Assembly: GCA_050084985.1 (NCBI GenBank)
Contig: JBITNC010000001.1
Span: 81,034,001-81,098,000, forward strand
Reading direction: 5' to 3'
Source: Nageia nagi
Taxonomy: Eukaryota > Plantae > Pinophyta
Length of the DNA: 64,000 bases
This document shows positions 52,201 to 64,000 of this stretch, piece after piece. The notes under the pieces are model-generated. The model saw nothing but the letters and a program-made list of their open reading frames with translations. It was not told the DNA's origin and did not search any database. Numbering within the stretch: position 1 is the first letter of the stretch; each line of letters opens with the position of its first letter. A program made the position numbers and the translations under genes.

Positions 52201-55009
52201 AATTGAATATTAATAGTTGGTTGGCCACTGAAGAAGAATCAACGCTTTTTTCAAGTTCTACAAAGTCAGAGTGGTGCTTTTTCTTGGGATTACTCCAACA
52301 TTAAGGGTATTCATCCAAAGACATGTACACACTACATCTACATTGATGAAAGTAGGCCAGTACAGTAGCCACCATGAAGGGTGAACCCGACATTAAAGGA
52401 TATTGTTAAAATAGAAATAGAAAAATTATTAAGTGTAGATTTTATCTATCCTATTTTTGACAGTAAGTGGGTATCACCATTAGTCATAGTTATAAACAAA
52501 AATGGTAAGTGGAGAGTTTGTGTGAATTATAGATGTCTAAATAAAGCCACACATCGAGACCACTTCCCTTTACCTTTTATTGATCAAGTTTTAGATACTT
52601 TGGCTAGGAATAAGTACTTTTCCTTTTTAGATGGCTTTAATGGCTAAAATCAAATTAACATTGTAGATGCAAACTAGGAAAAGACTACTTTTACATGTGG
52701 CTAGGGCACATTTTCTTATAGGGTGTTACCTTTTGGCCTTTGTAATGCTCCAACCACATTTCAAAGAGCAATCCTTGCCATTTTTACAAATCTTATACAT
52801 GACTATGTGGAGGTATACATGGATGACTTCATAGTCTATGGGAACACTTATGAAGAAGCATTAAAGAATTTGAAAAAGGTATTGATAAGATGTCAACAAC
52901 ATAATTTTTCATTGAGCCATGAAAAATATTTTATGATGATGACTAAAGGAATAGTACTGGGTCATCATGTTTCAAAAGAAGGCATCAAGGTGGATCCTCA
53001 TAAAATAGAGGTCATAACTCTTGTTACCTAGATTGATATTAGAATCTTTCTAGGGAATGTTGGATATTATAGAAGGTTCATAGAAAACTTTAATAAAATT
53101 GTAGCTCCTTTGTTTATACTATTGCATAAAGATCAAATATTTATTTGGGCAGTTGATTGTGAAAATGATTTCATAACCCTCAAAGAGAAACTTAATACAA
53201 CTCCAATTTTGAGAGGGCTAGATTGGAAGTTTCCATTTCACATTCATACTGATGCATCCAAATCAACAATTGGAGCAGTACTAGGTTAGGAGGAAGAGAT
53301 GAAATTACCTTATGCTATCTATTATGTTAGCAAAAATTTGACAAGAGTAGAATTAAATTAATAACTACTGAAAAGAGTTTTTAGCAATAGTTTATGCTAT
53401 TAATAAATTTTGCCATTACATCATTGGTTGTTTAGTATTTATTCATACTAACCATGCAACCATTAGATATCTAATGAATAAACTAGTAGTGAGTGGGAGG
53501 ATCATAAGATGGCTACTACTCCCTCAAGAATTGAATGTCACTATTTTAGATAAGCTAGAAAAAGCTAATACTATTGCTGATTTTTTATTTAGAATTGATT
53601 TTCCCAAGGATAAAGGATTAGTTTATGACTCATTTCTTGATGAATAGTTGTTTGCCTTATCTATTCATACCCCATGGTTTGCTGATATAGCAAATTATTT
53701 GGTCATTGGAAAGGTACCAACCCATTTTTCTCCAAATGAAAGGAAAAATCTGGTTAGGAAGAGTGCTAATTATACATGGATAGGAGGGTTGCTATTTAAG
53801 AGAGGATTTGATAATGTATTAAGAAGATGTCTTAGAGAAGATAATTTTTTTGATGTCCTTCGAGCCTATCATGATGAACCTTCAAGAGGACACTTCTTTG
53901 TCCAATGTACTATACTAAAAATTATGGGCAGTGGATATTATTGGGTTTCTTTACACAAAGATGTTTGAAATCACATAAGATAATGTGACTAATGTCAATG
54001 GTTTGGTAGGCCAACTATAACTTTAGAAATTCCTCTTCAACCTTAAGTGGTCATTGAACCATTTAAACAATGGGGATTGGACTTTGTGGGACCAATTAAT
54101 CCTCCATCTCAAGCTAATAAACACATTTTAGTTTATTTAGATTACATTACTAAATGGTGTGAAGTGTTAGCTATGAAATAGGATAAGGAGGATTGAGTTG
54201 TAGAGTTTCTATATAATCACATTATGCAATAGTTTGGGCCTCTAAGATTTTTGGTTAGTGACCAAGGTCCTCAGTTTACATCCAATGTCATAGAGCATTT
54301 TAAAAATCTTTATCAGATAAGGCATAGAAAATTTTCTCCATACCATCCATAGTCTAATGGAAAAGTGGAGGTTACTAACTGAGAATTGGAGGCTATAATG
54401 ATAAAAACTATGGCTACACATAGGAAATATTAGGTAGTTAAACTCTTAGAGGCTATATGGATCTATAATGTTACATGGAAATCCATAACTAGAATTACTC
54501 CATATGAACTAGTTTATGAAAAGAAGCCCATAATGTCCATTGAGTATGAAATAGAAACTCTAAGAACAAAAATAATAGTTGGTTTAAGATTATCTTAGGA
54601 ATAAATTCAAAGTGTAATGGATTTAAATGCATTAAGTGCACTTAGAAAAGAAGCCTTACATCATACTGAATTGATTTAGAAATAAAGAAAGGCCTAACAT
54701 GATAAACATATTTAGTTAAGAGAATTCCAAGTGGGTGACTGGGTATTACTATTTGATTCCCACTACCAAGATCTTATGGGTAAGCTGAGAACTCATTAGT
54801 TGGGTCCTTATGAAATTTTGTAAATCTTTAATAATGGTACTATTCAATTGAAACCAATTGATGATTCCAAATGAACATTATTGGTTAATGGCCACAGATT
54901 GAGGGTTTATCATCAACCTATTTCCAAAGTAGAGTTCATTTTTGACTTGAGAAAAGAAGATATTTATTTTATAGAGGAGGGATATACTTTCTCCATCAAA
55001 ATCACCTAA
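49211..55009 (+). pseudogene. Athila-like gag-pol, many stops and frameshifts
   Basis: Gag (LPTFRG...KLKRFPSTL...AMRWF), RT (KWVSPLV...WRVCVNYR...DHFPLPFIDQVL...FLDGFNG; PFGLCNAPTTFQR...YMDDF), RH (HTDAS), INT (PWFADIANYL; WGLDFVGPI). Confidence 0.92.
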
Positions 55010-55797
55010 AATAAGCATTGCATAAGGTTAATAAAGTTGGTCAATTTTGATCAACCCATGACAGGGGTGAAAACCAAATATTTGGCAGTCATTCAAATGA
55101 AAACCAATTTCTAGAATCTGTATAGATGAAAATTGATTATTTAGCAATCCTATTATGATATATAAAAAAGGGTCTTCTATACGATTTTCTATTCCACATA
55201 GCTCATTCAGGTATGCATTTTTGTTGAATTTGACTTAGTTATTTATATTTTATTATACTATCCATTATCTATTTTATGCATACACCTATAGCTCTTTTTC
55301 CATGCAAACATGTCATTTTTTAGTCTAGGGAAGGTTTTTGTATTATCCACTACATACTGAAGTAGAACATAGACTTATTGATCATATGCTGAAGTAGCAT
55401 GTTGAAGGAATGAAGTATATTCACAAAGGACATGTCATTCCACTACAAGATAAAACATGGTGATTCCTATGCATCATGAATTTTAAGTTATGCATGTCAT
55501 TGCCAAGAATGATTTAAGTCCCTTTTTCAAATCATGCAAATGACTTCAATTATCAAATTTGAATAATGAAATCTTGGACATGATCATTGGATGATATTGG
55601 CACTACACCTCTCACTTCAAGATATGATGGATTACCTGCACTACCAAGTACAAGTAAGTTACCAGTAATATCATGTTAAATCTCTCAACATTAAATGATT
55701 TTATTCTTACTTCTTGGTGCATATCACATCATCATAACCTTGCACTATGGGAAACCATCATATAGTCTCAATACATTATCAGCACCAAGCTGCAATA

Positions 55798-58682
55798 ATG
55801 GTGAGTGGGGAGAAACAAAAATGGGAGATAGGAAATATACACAAGTTATTGATAGATGTAGTTGTAGTTAAGTTTTCTAGGAAAGGGGTTGGATGCCTTT
55901 CTTGGAGAAATGTTTCCCTTACATTCAACCAATTATGGAAGCTTTTGCAGTTCCTTTTGAGGATTGTTTGACCAAGGTTGGTGAATACATGATTCCACTC
56001 TCCTCAAAGAAAATTAGCCAAATTTTTGGTATACTTGATGAGGGGCTTAATTTGAACTCCTGCATGCTGACAATTCCTCAAATCATGAACTAGTTATTGC
56101 AACCAAGAGATCTTGAACCTCAATATAATTTTAATAAAAAAGGGGAATTATGAATGTTCAAACTAGTAAATCTTTCATCTCCATGGAAGGATATCATGAA
56201 ATGGACCATGAAGTATTTATTTTGTGATGGAGAATATGCAAATTTAGGCTATAAACATTTGAAGGTACTTCTATACCTTTGACTTGGTGAAACCCATCAG
56301 TTTAACCTCCCTTAGCATTTGTTTACTAGTATTAGTAAAATGTGTAAGGACTATAAGAAGGTGTTTCAATTTGCAAGGGCCAAGAGCCATATCTATTTAA
56401 AACATCATGGCCTTATTAATTTAATCTATAGAGAGTATATTATTTCTTTAGAGGATGGTCAAAATAAGTGGAATGCTCTAGTTCAATCATTTTTAGGGCA
56501 AGCAATAGACGTTTCAGGTTCCATTGTAGTCATTGAAATAGGGGAAGCTTCAACATCCTAGGTAGGTGTAGAGGTAAAAATGCCTCATGCATAATCTTCA
56601 CAGTTTAAGGATGATTCTAAAGTTATTCCATAGGAGGTATTTGAAGAAGAAGATATTCAAATTATATCTAAATAACCATCTTCTTCTTCCCATTCAAAAT
56701 CTAGTAAACTCATACCCAAAAGGTGGAGTTCTAGAAAAATGGGTTCTATGATGGCATCAAGAGTTGTAGAAACCCTACAACAAAAGGAAGGAGCAAATGC
56801 TTCATTAATAAAGGAGTCTAAAAGGGTTCATTTTGTTGACCTTGTTACAATTGAAACTCCTTTAGTATAGCCTAAAAGGAAGAGCCAATGATTTGAAGGC
56901 CAATCTTTAGAACTGGTGGATCAGGAAAAAGACCAACCATCTACAAAAGAGGAAATTGTACAATCCAACAAGACATTATACAATCCTATAATCTAGATAC
57001 TAAAGGTATACAGGGCTAGAATACTAAATATAGAGCATCCCAAAGGAAATATTGAAAGGGATTGAAGAAAGGGAAATGCATATGGGAGGAGAACAGAGTG
57101 ATGACCCCAATGAATTAATAGCTAACCTTCCTTTTGAGGAAGAAACTACAAATATTGAACAAATGAATATTGAAGAGGTCATTCTAGAGCCATCAAAATT
57201 AGAACCATTGACTATAAAAGAATTGGAAGAAATAAATGGTCAATTTAGAAACTTAATAAGGGATTTGGAGGCCTAACTTTTTCAAAATAACATCACCATT
57301 AACCTTTTAAAGGATGAAAATGGAGAGGGTTATTCTTCCCAATAAGAACAACAGTGTCATGATCAAAAAAGAAAAGAAATTTCAAAACAACAACCTTGAG
57401 CATAGCCAATGTTGTGTGAAGAGCATTATTCAATTGTAGCTTTAATCTTGGAGCAAGTGGAGTTGATATAATCAACCATTGAATGCCCTATGCTAGAAGA
57501 ATTCAAATAGTTGTATCAAGAGGTAAAGGTACTTAGGGACAAGCTACAAGTCATAGGTGAAGAAAACTCTATCTTAAAAAATGAGAATGCACTTCTACAA
57601 GCTAATGAACATAGGGTTATTATGAAAAATATACATCTTCAGAGGAAGATTATTCAATTGGAAGAGAAGATGAAAGCAGATGAAAAATATTTTATGCATA
57701 ATTCTATTAAATATTGGGAGGACATTTCCAAGGCTAATAAAGAGCTTAAAATAACAAATTACAATGAGCTCTAAGCTCGTGATAATTTACAAAATGTTTA
57801 TTAGCTAGTTGATCAAGTTATAGAGGTAAGGAGAACCTGAACTACATATAGTACTTATCAAAAATATCTATTCTATGAATTGTAGATACTGAGAGCTAAG
57901 GAAGGTAAGGTATATAAAGTAAACACCTTAAGTGATTTTAGCCAAGTTATAGTAGTCTGGAGGAGATCAACCTACTCTATGAGTTTTATGTTCATAACTT
58001 AATTCTGCCAGAATGTGTTGATTTTGTTCCAAATGTTTTAGTAGGACATGTGCAGCTTAAAGGGTTTCTTTCTATCTTACAAAATTAGATTCGTTGGGTG
58101 GAGGAGTATAAGAGATATCTCAAAAGGGAATTAGAAGATTCTTTGATGATGAGAACAAAACATGTGTTTTCACAGTATGCTTCTCATCTTGCTAGAGGTG
58201 TACAACATAACTCATACTTTGCTAATAGTTTTAGGAAGGAATAACTTTTATGCTTACAAATTTATGAATAGTTTATGGAAGTAGCATTCACTTAGTTTGT
58301 GGAAGCCTATGAAAAATGCTTTAATATAATGAGAAAGATCAAACATCAAAAAAGGGAGGTTGTTTCACCTTAGAATCTCAGATGGAGCAAACTAAGAGTC
58401 AACTTCATTGTTAAAACCATCAAAACTATTGGAAAACTATGGGTAGGGATGAAATTTAGATCACCTCTTATTTTGCACTCGAATGCATATTACTTTAAGT
58501 CAGAACATCAAGATGACGATGCATTAAAATAATGGAAAAATGATATAGTACAAAATTATGACCAAGTAAGGAAATTGGAGAAACCTTCTCAAGTTCTTGA
58601 CCCATTCTATGAGGCTAGATTGAGCAAGATCACAGAACCTTATGATTTCAGTGTTGTTGTACAATGTTCCCATAGGAAATAG
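55798..58682 (+). pseudogene. Additional sense ORF downstream of pol (Athila extra/env-like position), decayed
   Basis: GWMPFLEK...KYLFCDGEY...FNLP...SISKM...HHGLINLIY, followed by acidic and coiled-coil segments. Ends just before the PPT. Confidence 0.65.
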
Positions 58683-60259
58683 AGTTCTTTACTATTTCTA
58701 TACAATTTTCATTACTTCAAGAGAAGTAAAACTTTAAGTTTTGGGGAATGATGAGATATAGTTAAGGCTTTCTTTTAACCTTTTATATATGCATTTTATG
58801 TCTAATAGATATGAATATTATAGTAATAATATAAGTAATTTCATATATAATTATCTTTTCATACTAAAATGCATGTTTGATTTTGCTTATGCTTTATATT
58901 GGTAAAATTGAGAAATAATGTCTTTGTTTTGTAAGTATAATGTGTTTTCATTGAGTATAAATGGAAAAATAAAGAATGGTTATTATAGTGATGAAAGGAG
59001 TTGTAAGAACCATTGAAGGAACTACTGAGATAACTTTAAACAAAGGGCCTTTGATCCATATTGAAGGAATGCAAAATGCTGAAGGAGTATTTTAAGTAGA
59101 ATGCTGAAGGAATGTAAAATGATGAAGTAGTATTTTAAGCAGAATGCTAAAGGAATGCAGAATGCTGAAGAAGTGTTTTTAAGTCATATGTTAAAGGAGC
59201 CTTTTATACTGAAGGACTTTAAAGATGAATAATACTAAAGGAAAAGAGGTGGAATATGCTATAATATTCTATCAATAATATGATGTGGTAAAAATTCAAT
59301 GTTAGCAGTATTTCATGTACACAGGTGGAACACATACTACAAAGATGGCTGATTGAAGATAATATGCCATCACCTAGGAAGTTAGCTATTCCATGGTTTC
59401 AATAATCAGGCACAGATATCTCAGCTTAAAAACAAAATTAGAGATTTTAGTAAATACCTTCTTTATTTAGTAGATCTATTTTTTAAGATATCAACTATGA
59501 TACCTTGGAATAGTTAGTTCAAAATTGTACTCATCTGGCTAAAATATCTAGGATATTCAACCATGATTACATTATAGTTGTTAGTAGAATTAGCAAATAA
59601 AAATCCTTATTGAAGAGAGGTAGATAAGGGATGATAGTTGTAAATTTCTATGTATTCATCTTGTTGAAATTCATAAAGTAATAAAGGAAAGCTTTTTGAT
59701 ATAGAATATAGTGTTAGAAGGAAGGAAATGCTAGAGAGACAGGGCCCAATATTGGTATTTTCATCCTCATTTATGTTTGAGTTATTTACATTCAATATTA
59801 TTTAAGATATCAAATTACTTAAAATTACATTTACTTTAGTATCTTAAGCTAATTCAAAAATCTCTTAAGTTTAATATATTAAGCTAATTCAGAAATCTTT
59901 TAAGTTTAATCTTTTTGTAGAAGATTAGATAATTAGGATACAATGATAAAATGCTATAGCTAGTTTGTTTTTAGTAATTCTATTTAAGCTTTTCAATTCT
60001 GCATCAATTTAATTATGTTTATCCTATCTCCAAATGGTGATTTCTATTGCAAATAGCTTTAAGCACTAGCCTAGATTCAATAAATAATGAGAAGTAGAAT
60101 GTTAATTATCATAACTAGTGAGAGGTTAAGTAGGGTATTTTGAGTACTAGCTCTTTGAGCTAACTGGTCCTTTTTAGACTTATTTAAGGTTCTCTAGAAG
60201 GGGGTTAGTGACAAACCCATTGGTTTAATTGACAGTTCATATTTCTTCCAATTAGCAAA

Positions 60260-62010
60260 TATAGGCAAAAGATAATTCAATGTTTTCAAATAAAATGATT
60301 GGAAAAATTCATAAAGGAAAGAGAAGAGTAGAATTAAAAGTGGCTCTACAAATATTTGATTAAAAACCATTTTCAACTACTCTTTCATGATGTCATGATG
60401 TCCACACATTCTTCTAGATATCTCCTATGATGGGAAATGCTAGAAGAATATTGATAGAGGTTGTAGACTCTGCTTAATTACACCCAATTATTTTTGGTAT
60501 TTTTTATAGTTAAACATACAAAATATGGTCTAATTTCACCCAAAAACTTCTTTTTATTTTTATCTATGGATAGTGTAAAATTTGCATCAACCTATAAATA
60601 CATTACTACATATAATTTAGGCTTATATGGTCGATGTAAACATAGGCACAAGCTAAAAATATGAATCTAAATAAAATGACTGTATAAAAAGCTAAATGAA
60701 AGAACAAAGTAGAATTAAAGTTTGATTTTCTATATTCATACCAAAGTAATGGGTTGTTGCCACAAATTCCCTTTTTCCTATAATCTTATGTGGCCTAAAA
60801 ACACCAAACACACACATCCACATACATATGTTAGGTTTTAAGAGTATCTTGATAATGAAATTCAAAGCTACCTCAAGATAGCCTGCATGGAGGAGGAGGT
60901 AAACAATGCATGGAAAATGATTCATCCTAGAAATAATAGCATAAGAGTCACTAATGGTATTAAATTATTTACAACCCTTACCCACTAGACCTATGTGGAT
61001 GCATAAGTAAAATACATACAAATGTTATGCTGTTAGGATTGGTTCATATGCTCTTCATTAGAAAAAATAGCTCAAGTGCATCCTTTTCATAACCACAAGT
61101 CATATATATTGTAACAATATAATCAATAATATTATTTATTTATACAAATATTTAATAATGACACTTTTTGAAAAAAAAATGAAACATCATTTCCTTTGTA
61201 CCTAAATGCATACACCATATCATTATGTAAGACTCCTTATATCTTGCATTAATTTGCATCAAGTATAATCTCCACAAGAACATTATCCATATTTGAAATG
61301 ATGAGATCGATTCACATCTATCACAACAATGTCCCTTATAACAGCCTAGAAACATGTCATGAATTTTTTTATAAGAAACTCATTTATGTTATGTGCCTAG
61401 TAGGAACACCAAGTTTACATGAATTATATAATAAAATGAATTTTTGAAATTCTTATAGACCAAATTTCCACTTCTATCACTAAATAATTCCAATAATCAA
61501 ATCTAGACAATAATTTTTAGTAGTTAAATATACAAAACATGGTCTAATTCCTCTTCAAAATTTTTTGGTATGGTTATCCATGTGTAGTACAAAATCTGCA
61601 TCAACCTATAAAAAAATCACTCAATAGAATTTGGACCTATATGGATGATGAAAACATAGGCACAAGATAATACAATGATTCCAAATAAAATGATTGCATA
61701 AAATGGTAAAGGAAAGAGAAAACTATAATTAAGTGTTTCTCTACTCTCTTCAAATCATAGTACTGGATTACTTCTAAGCCCTTCTCTAACCTTTATTATT
61801 CATAGAGTATTTTCTATTTCCTTCAAGTATTTATCCTTTCATGAGATTCTTGCACCTCCTTATCCATCTCCTAACTCTACAATTATACAAGATTCATGAA
61901 AAATATAGTTCAATATGATGAGTCCAATAATAAAATCTAGAAAACAAGTTTTAATATTTAAATATACAAAATATGTTCCAATTCAATCCAAAAAATTCTT
62001 GGTATGTTTA
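60260..62010. repeat. Long-period degenerate tandem repeat array (right part, same family as 45720-47467)
   Basis: The unit interrupted at 47467 resumes after the TSD. The same blocks recur at about 60520, 61536, 61805 and 61970. Confidence 0.75.
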
Positions 62011-62207
62011 TAAGCATTTCAGTGGTACCCAACTTCAATATAAGGGTTACAATAGCCTAAAGGAGCACAATGATGAATTCCAGATTCATGAGAGATAAGA
62101 AGCAATAATAGATATATCGAAAGTTTTGTTTAAGAGGCTTTGTAGTTCTCTAAATATGTTATATATGTATAAGCAATTTACTTTATAGGGTTGTGAATAA
62201 ATTGGAT

Positions 62208-62430
62208 CAAATTCAAGTACACATTCAAAATATGAGTTCCTTTAGAATTCACCTTTGGAATTCAAGTACACATTCAAACTATGAGTTCCTTTAGAATTCA
62301 AGTACATATTCAAACTATGAGTGCAGTCCATTAAACTATATCTACATGAATATACATAGGAAGTGCATTTTGTGCCTTCTTTATGCTTCCATATAGGCAA
62401 TGCATTTTGTGCCTTATCTATGATTCCATA
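62208..62430. repeat. Short tandem duplications
   Basis: aattcaagtaca(c/t)attcaaa.tatgagt occurs 3 times, then tgcattttgtgcctt...tatg.ttccatat twice. Confidence 0.75.
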
Positions 62431-64000
62431 TTTAAGTACAATGCAATTGATGAGTGAATGGAGGAGATTTCCTAAAGGAAATTGTTGGTGATATAGGTCT
62501 ACAAGAATGTCAAAGAGTGTAGAGAGTAGTGTGTATTTATGAGAGTGATATTTATATCATTTTGAAATGTACATTATGTGCTTCAAACTACTTGTCTAGA
62601 TAGAGTTAAGTGAGATTGATATCCATATAATTTTAGTAGGTTAGCTATGAGATTGTATGCCTATGAAAATATAAGCAACAAAATACCATCACCTTCAAAA
62701 GTGAAGGATATGAAGTTAATATATATTTTTGATTGTAGAGAGTGAAAATGATTTCTTTCATGAAATGAAGGAATTAAGGGTTTTAGGTTGAGTTTTAATA
62801 AGCAATGTGACAAAGGTGAATTTAGCAACATAAATTGCATGATCAAGAAGATAAAATAATGTATGCATAATGATCCATCCCATAAATAATGCAATAATAT
62901 TCCCTCATGCTATTAAAGTATTTACAAATCTAATCAACTAAACCTACATGACTACATACAAGTGGAACACATACATAGGTTATGTTGTTAGGGTTGGTTC
63001 CTAAGTTCTTTTGGGAACATATTTATAGCATGGTTTGTGGGAGTTTTTTGATGGGTTTTTAATCAACACATCATTCCTTAGGAAGGGGAGATGGTGTGGT
63101 TGAAATGTAGCCAACAAGCAATGACAACAACATATTTCATATCAATAAATTAAAGGTCCTTATGTGCCATTAAGAAATGGAAATCAAAATTTGCTAGGAT
63201 GAAAACCCATTTTCAACTAGGATGCCCATACCTTTTTATGAGCTAGGGAAATACCCCTTTTTTGAACATTTTAATGCATATATTATTATACCTTGAGATA
63301 ATACTTTACTACTATTATCATATTTTATTGTTAATTGCTTAATCTAGTAATAGGATATATATTTGTTGTAATTAGTTGTTCATGCTTTATGGAATGGATA
63401 TACTTGGTTTATTGTTATTAATTGAAACAAATAATGATTATGTGACATTTAGAATCCCTCAAGTAACTTATATTTAAGTGAACATATATGTTGGATCTAG
63501 AGTATTGATTACCATCATTCTAAAGGGGATCCAGAGTCCTATTTTACGTGGCGTTGAAAGCATGGCAAGCACATACAATATGAATGATGAATACATGGTT
63601 TAATGATGATGTTCATTGGGCAAATGTTTAGTATTAAATTGTATGGATCTAGTACATTCTTGATTTGGAATTAGTTGTACTTAGTAGAAATGGATGCAAT
63701 GCTGCTGACACCTGCATAGTTGAGAATTGAACAAGTTCTTCATAAATTGAAGAATGTAGGATGTGACCAAATACATATGTTTGGAAATAAATATATGATC
63801 CCACCTGGTTGTGTATACATTATTTTAGGAATCATAAGTCTATTTGTTTAGTCTATTTTTTATTTTGTTATGTATCAAACAAAGTTCTTATTTTTGTAGT
63901 AGGAACAAAATAATAGACTGTTGTAGAATTTAATAGTAGGTTTGAATAATTTGTTAGAAAAGTGTGAGAATAAATAAAACCTCACTCATTCCAAGGAGGC

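Larger units (their letters stand above)
47468..60254 (+). mobile_element. Full-length decayed Athila-like Ty3/gypsy element, TSD GCAAA
   Basis: LTRs at 47468-48960 and 58749-60254 (~1.5 kb). TSD gcaaa at 47463-47467 and 60255-60259. PBS tggcatcgttgctaggg resembles tRNA-Asp TGGCGCCGTTGCCGGGG. PPT ttttggggaa. Confidence 0.93.

Noticed and set aside
62430-64000. Possible LTR or internal fragment (purine tract near 63080)
   Set aside because: No partner terminus or coding motif within the window.

Overview
AT-rich, CpG-depleted, heavily decayed plant repetitive DNA. The element families and mutation pattern suggest a large seed-plant genome such as a gymnosperm (inference). No intact host gene is visible. 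Left to right: (1) a large decayed CACTA/EnSpm region (~1-23.4 kb) with a minus-strand spliced pseudogene, telomere-like and 10-bp arrays, a spliced SET-domain pseudogene with a transposase-associated-like CxxC motif, and a Tnp2 transposase. (2) The transposase is split by a 5'-truncated minus-strand Ty3/gypsy Tat element. (3) Inside that element's LTR sits a young three-LTR tandem non-autonomous retroelement (127-bp LTRs, TSD CATCT). Its two units share conserved ends but carry different cargo containing host coding fragments (glyoxalase/VOC-like, auxilin-like, ADH). (4) A gag-pol-less LTR element carries an antisense spliced PMD pseudogene (TSD TTAAC). (5) A 3'-truncated L1 LINE, then gypsy debris with a solo LTR. 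(6) A 1-kb Pack-CACTA with a PPR fragment inserted in an RNase H relic. (7) A full-length decayed Athila-like element (TSD GCAAA) inserted in a long-period repeat array. The best candidates for novelty are the variable-cargo tandem retroelement and the SET-carrying CACTA. All homology calls are from my recall of motifs, not database searches.
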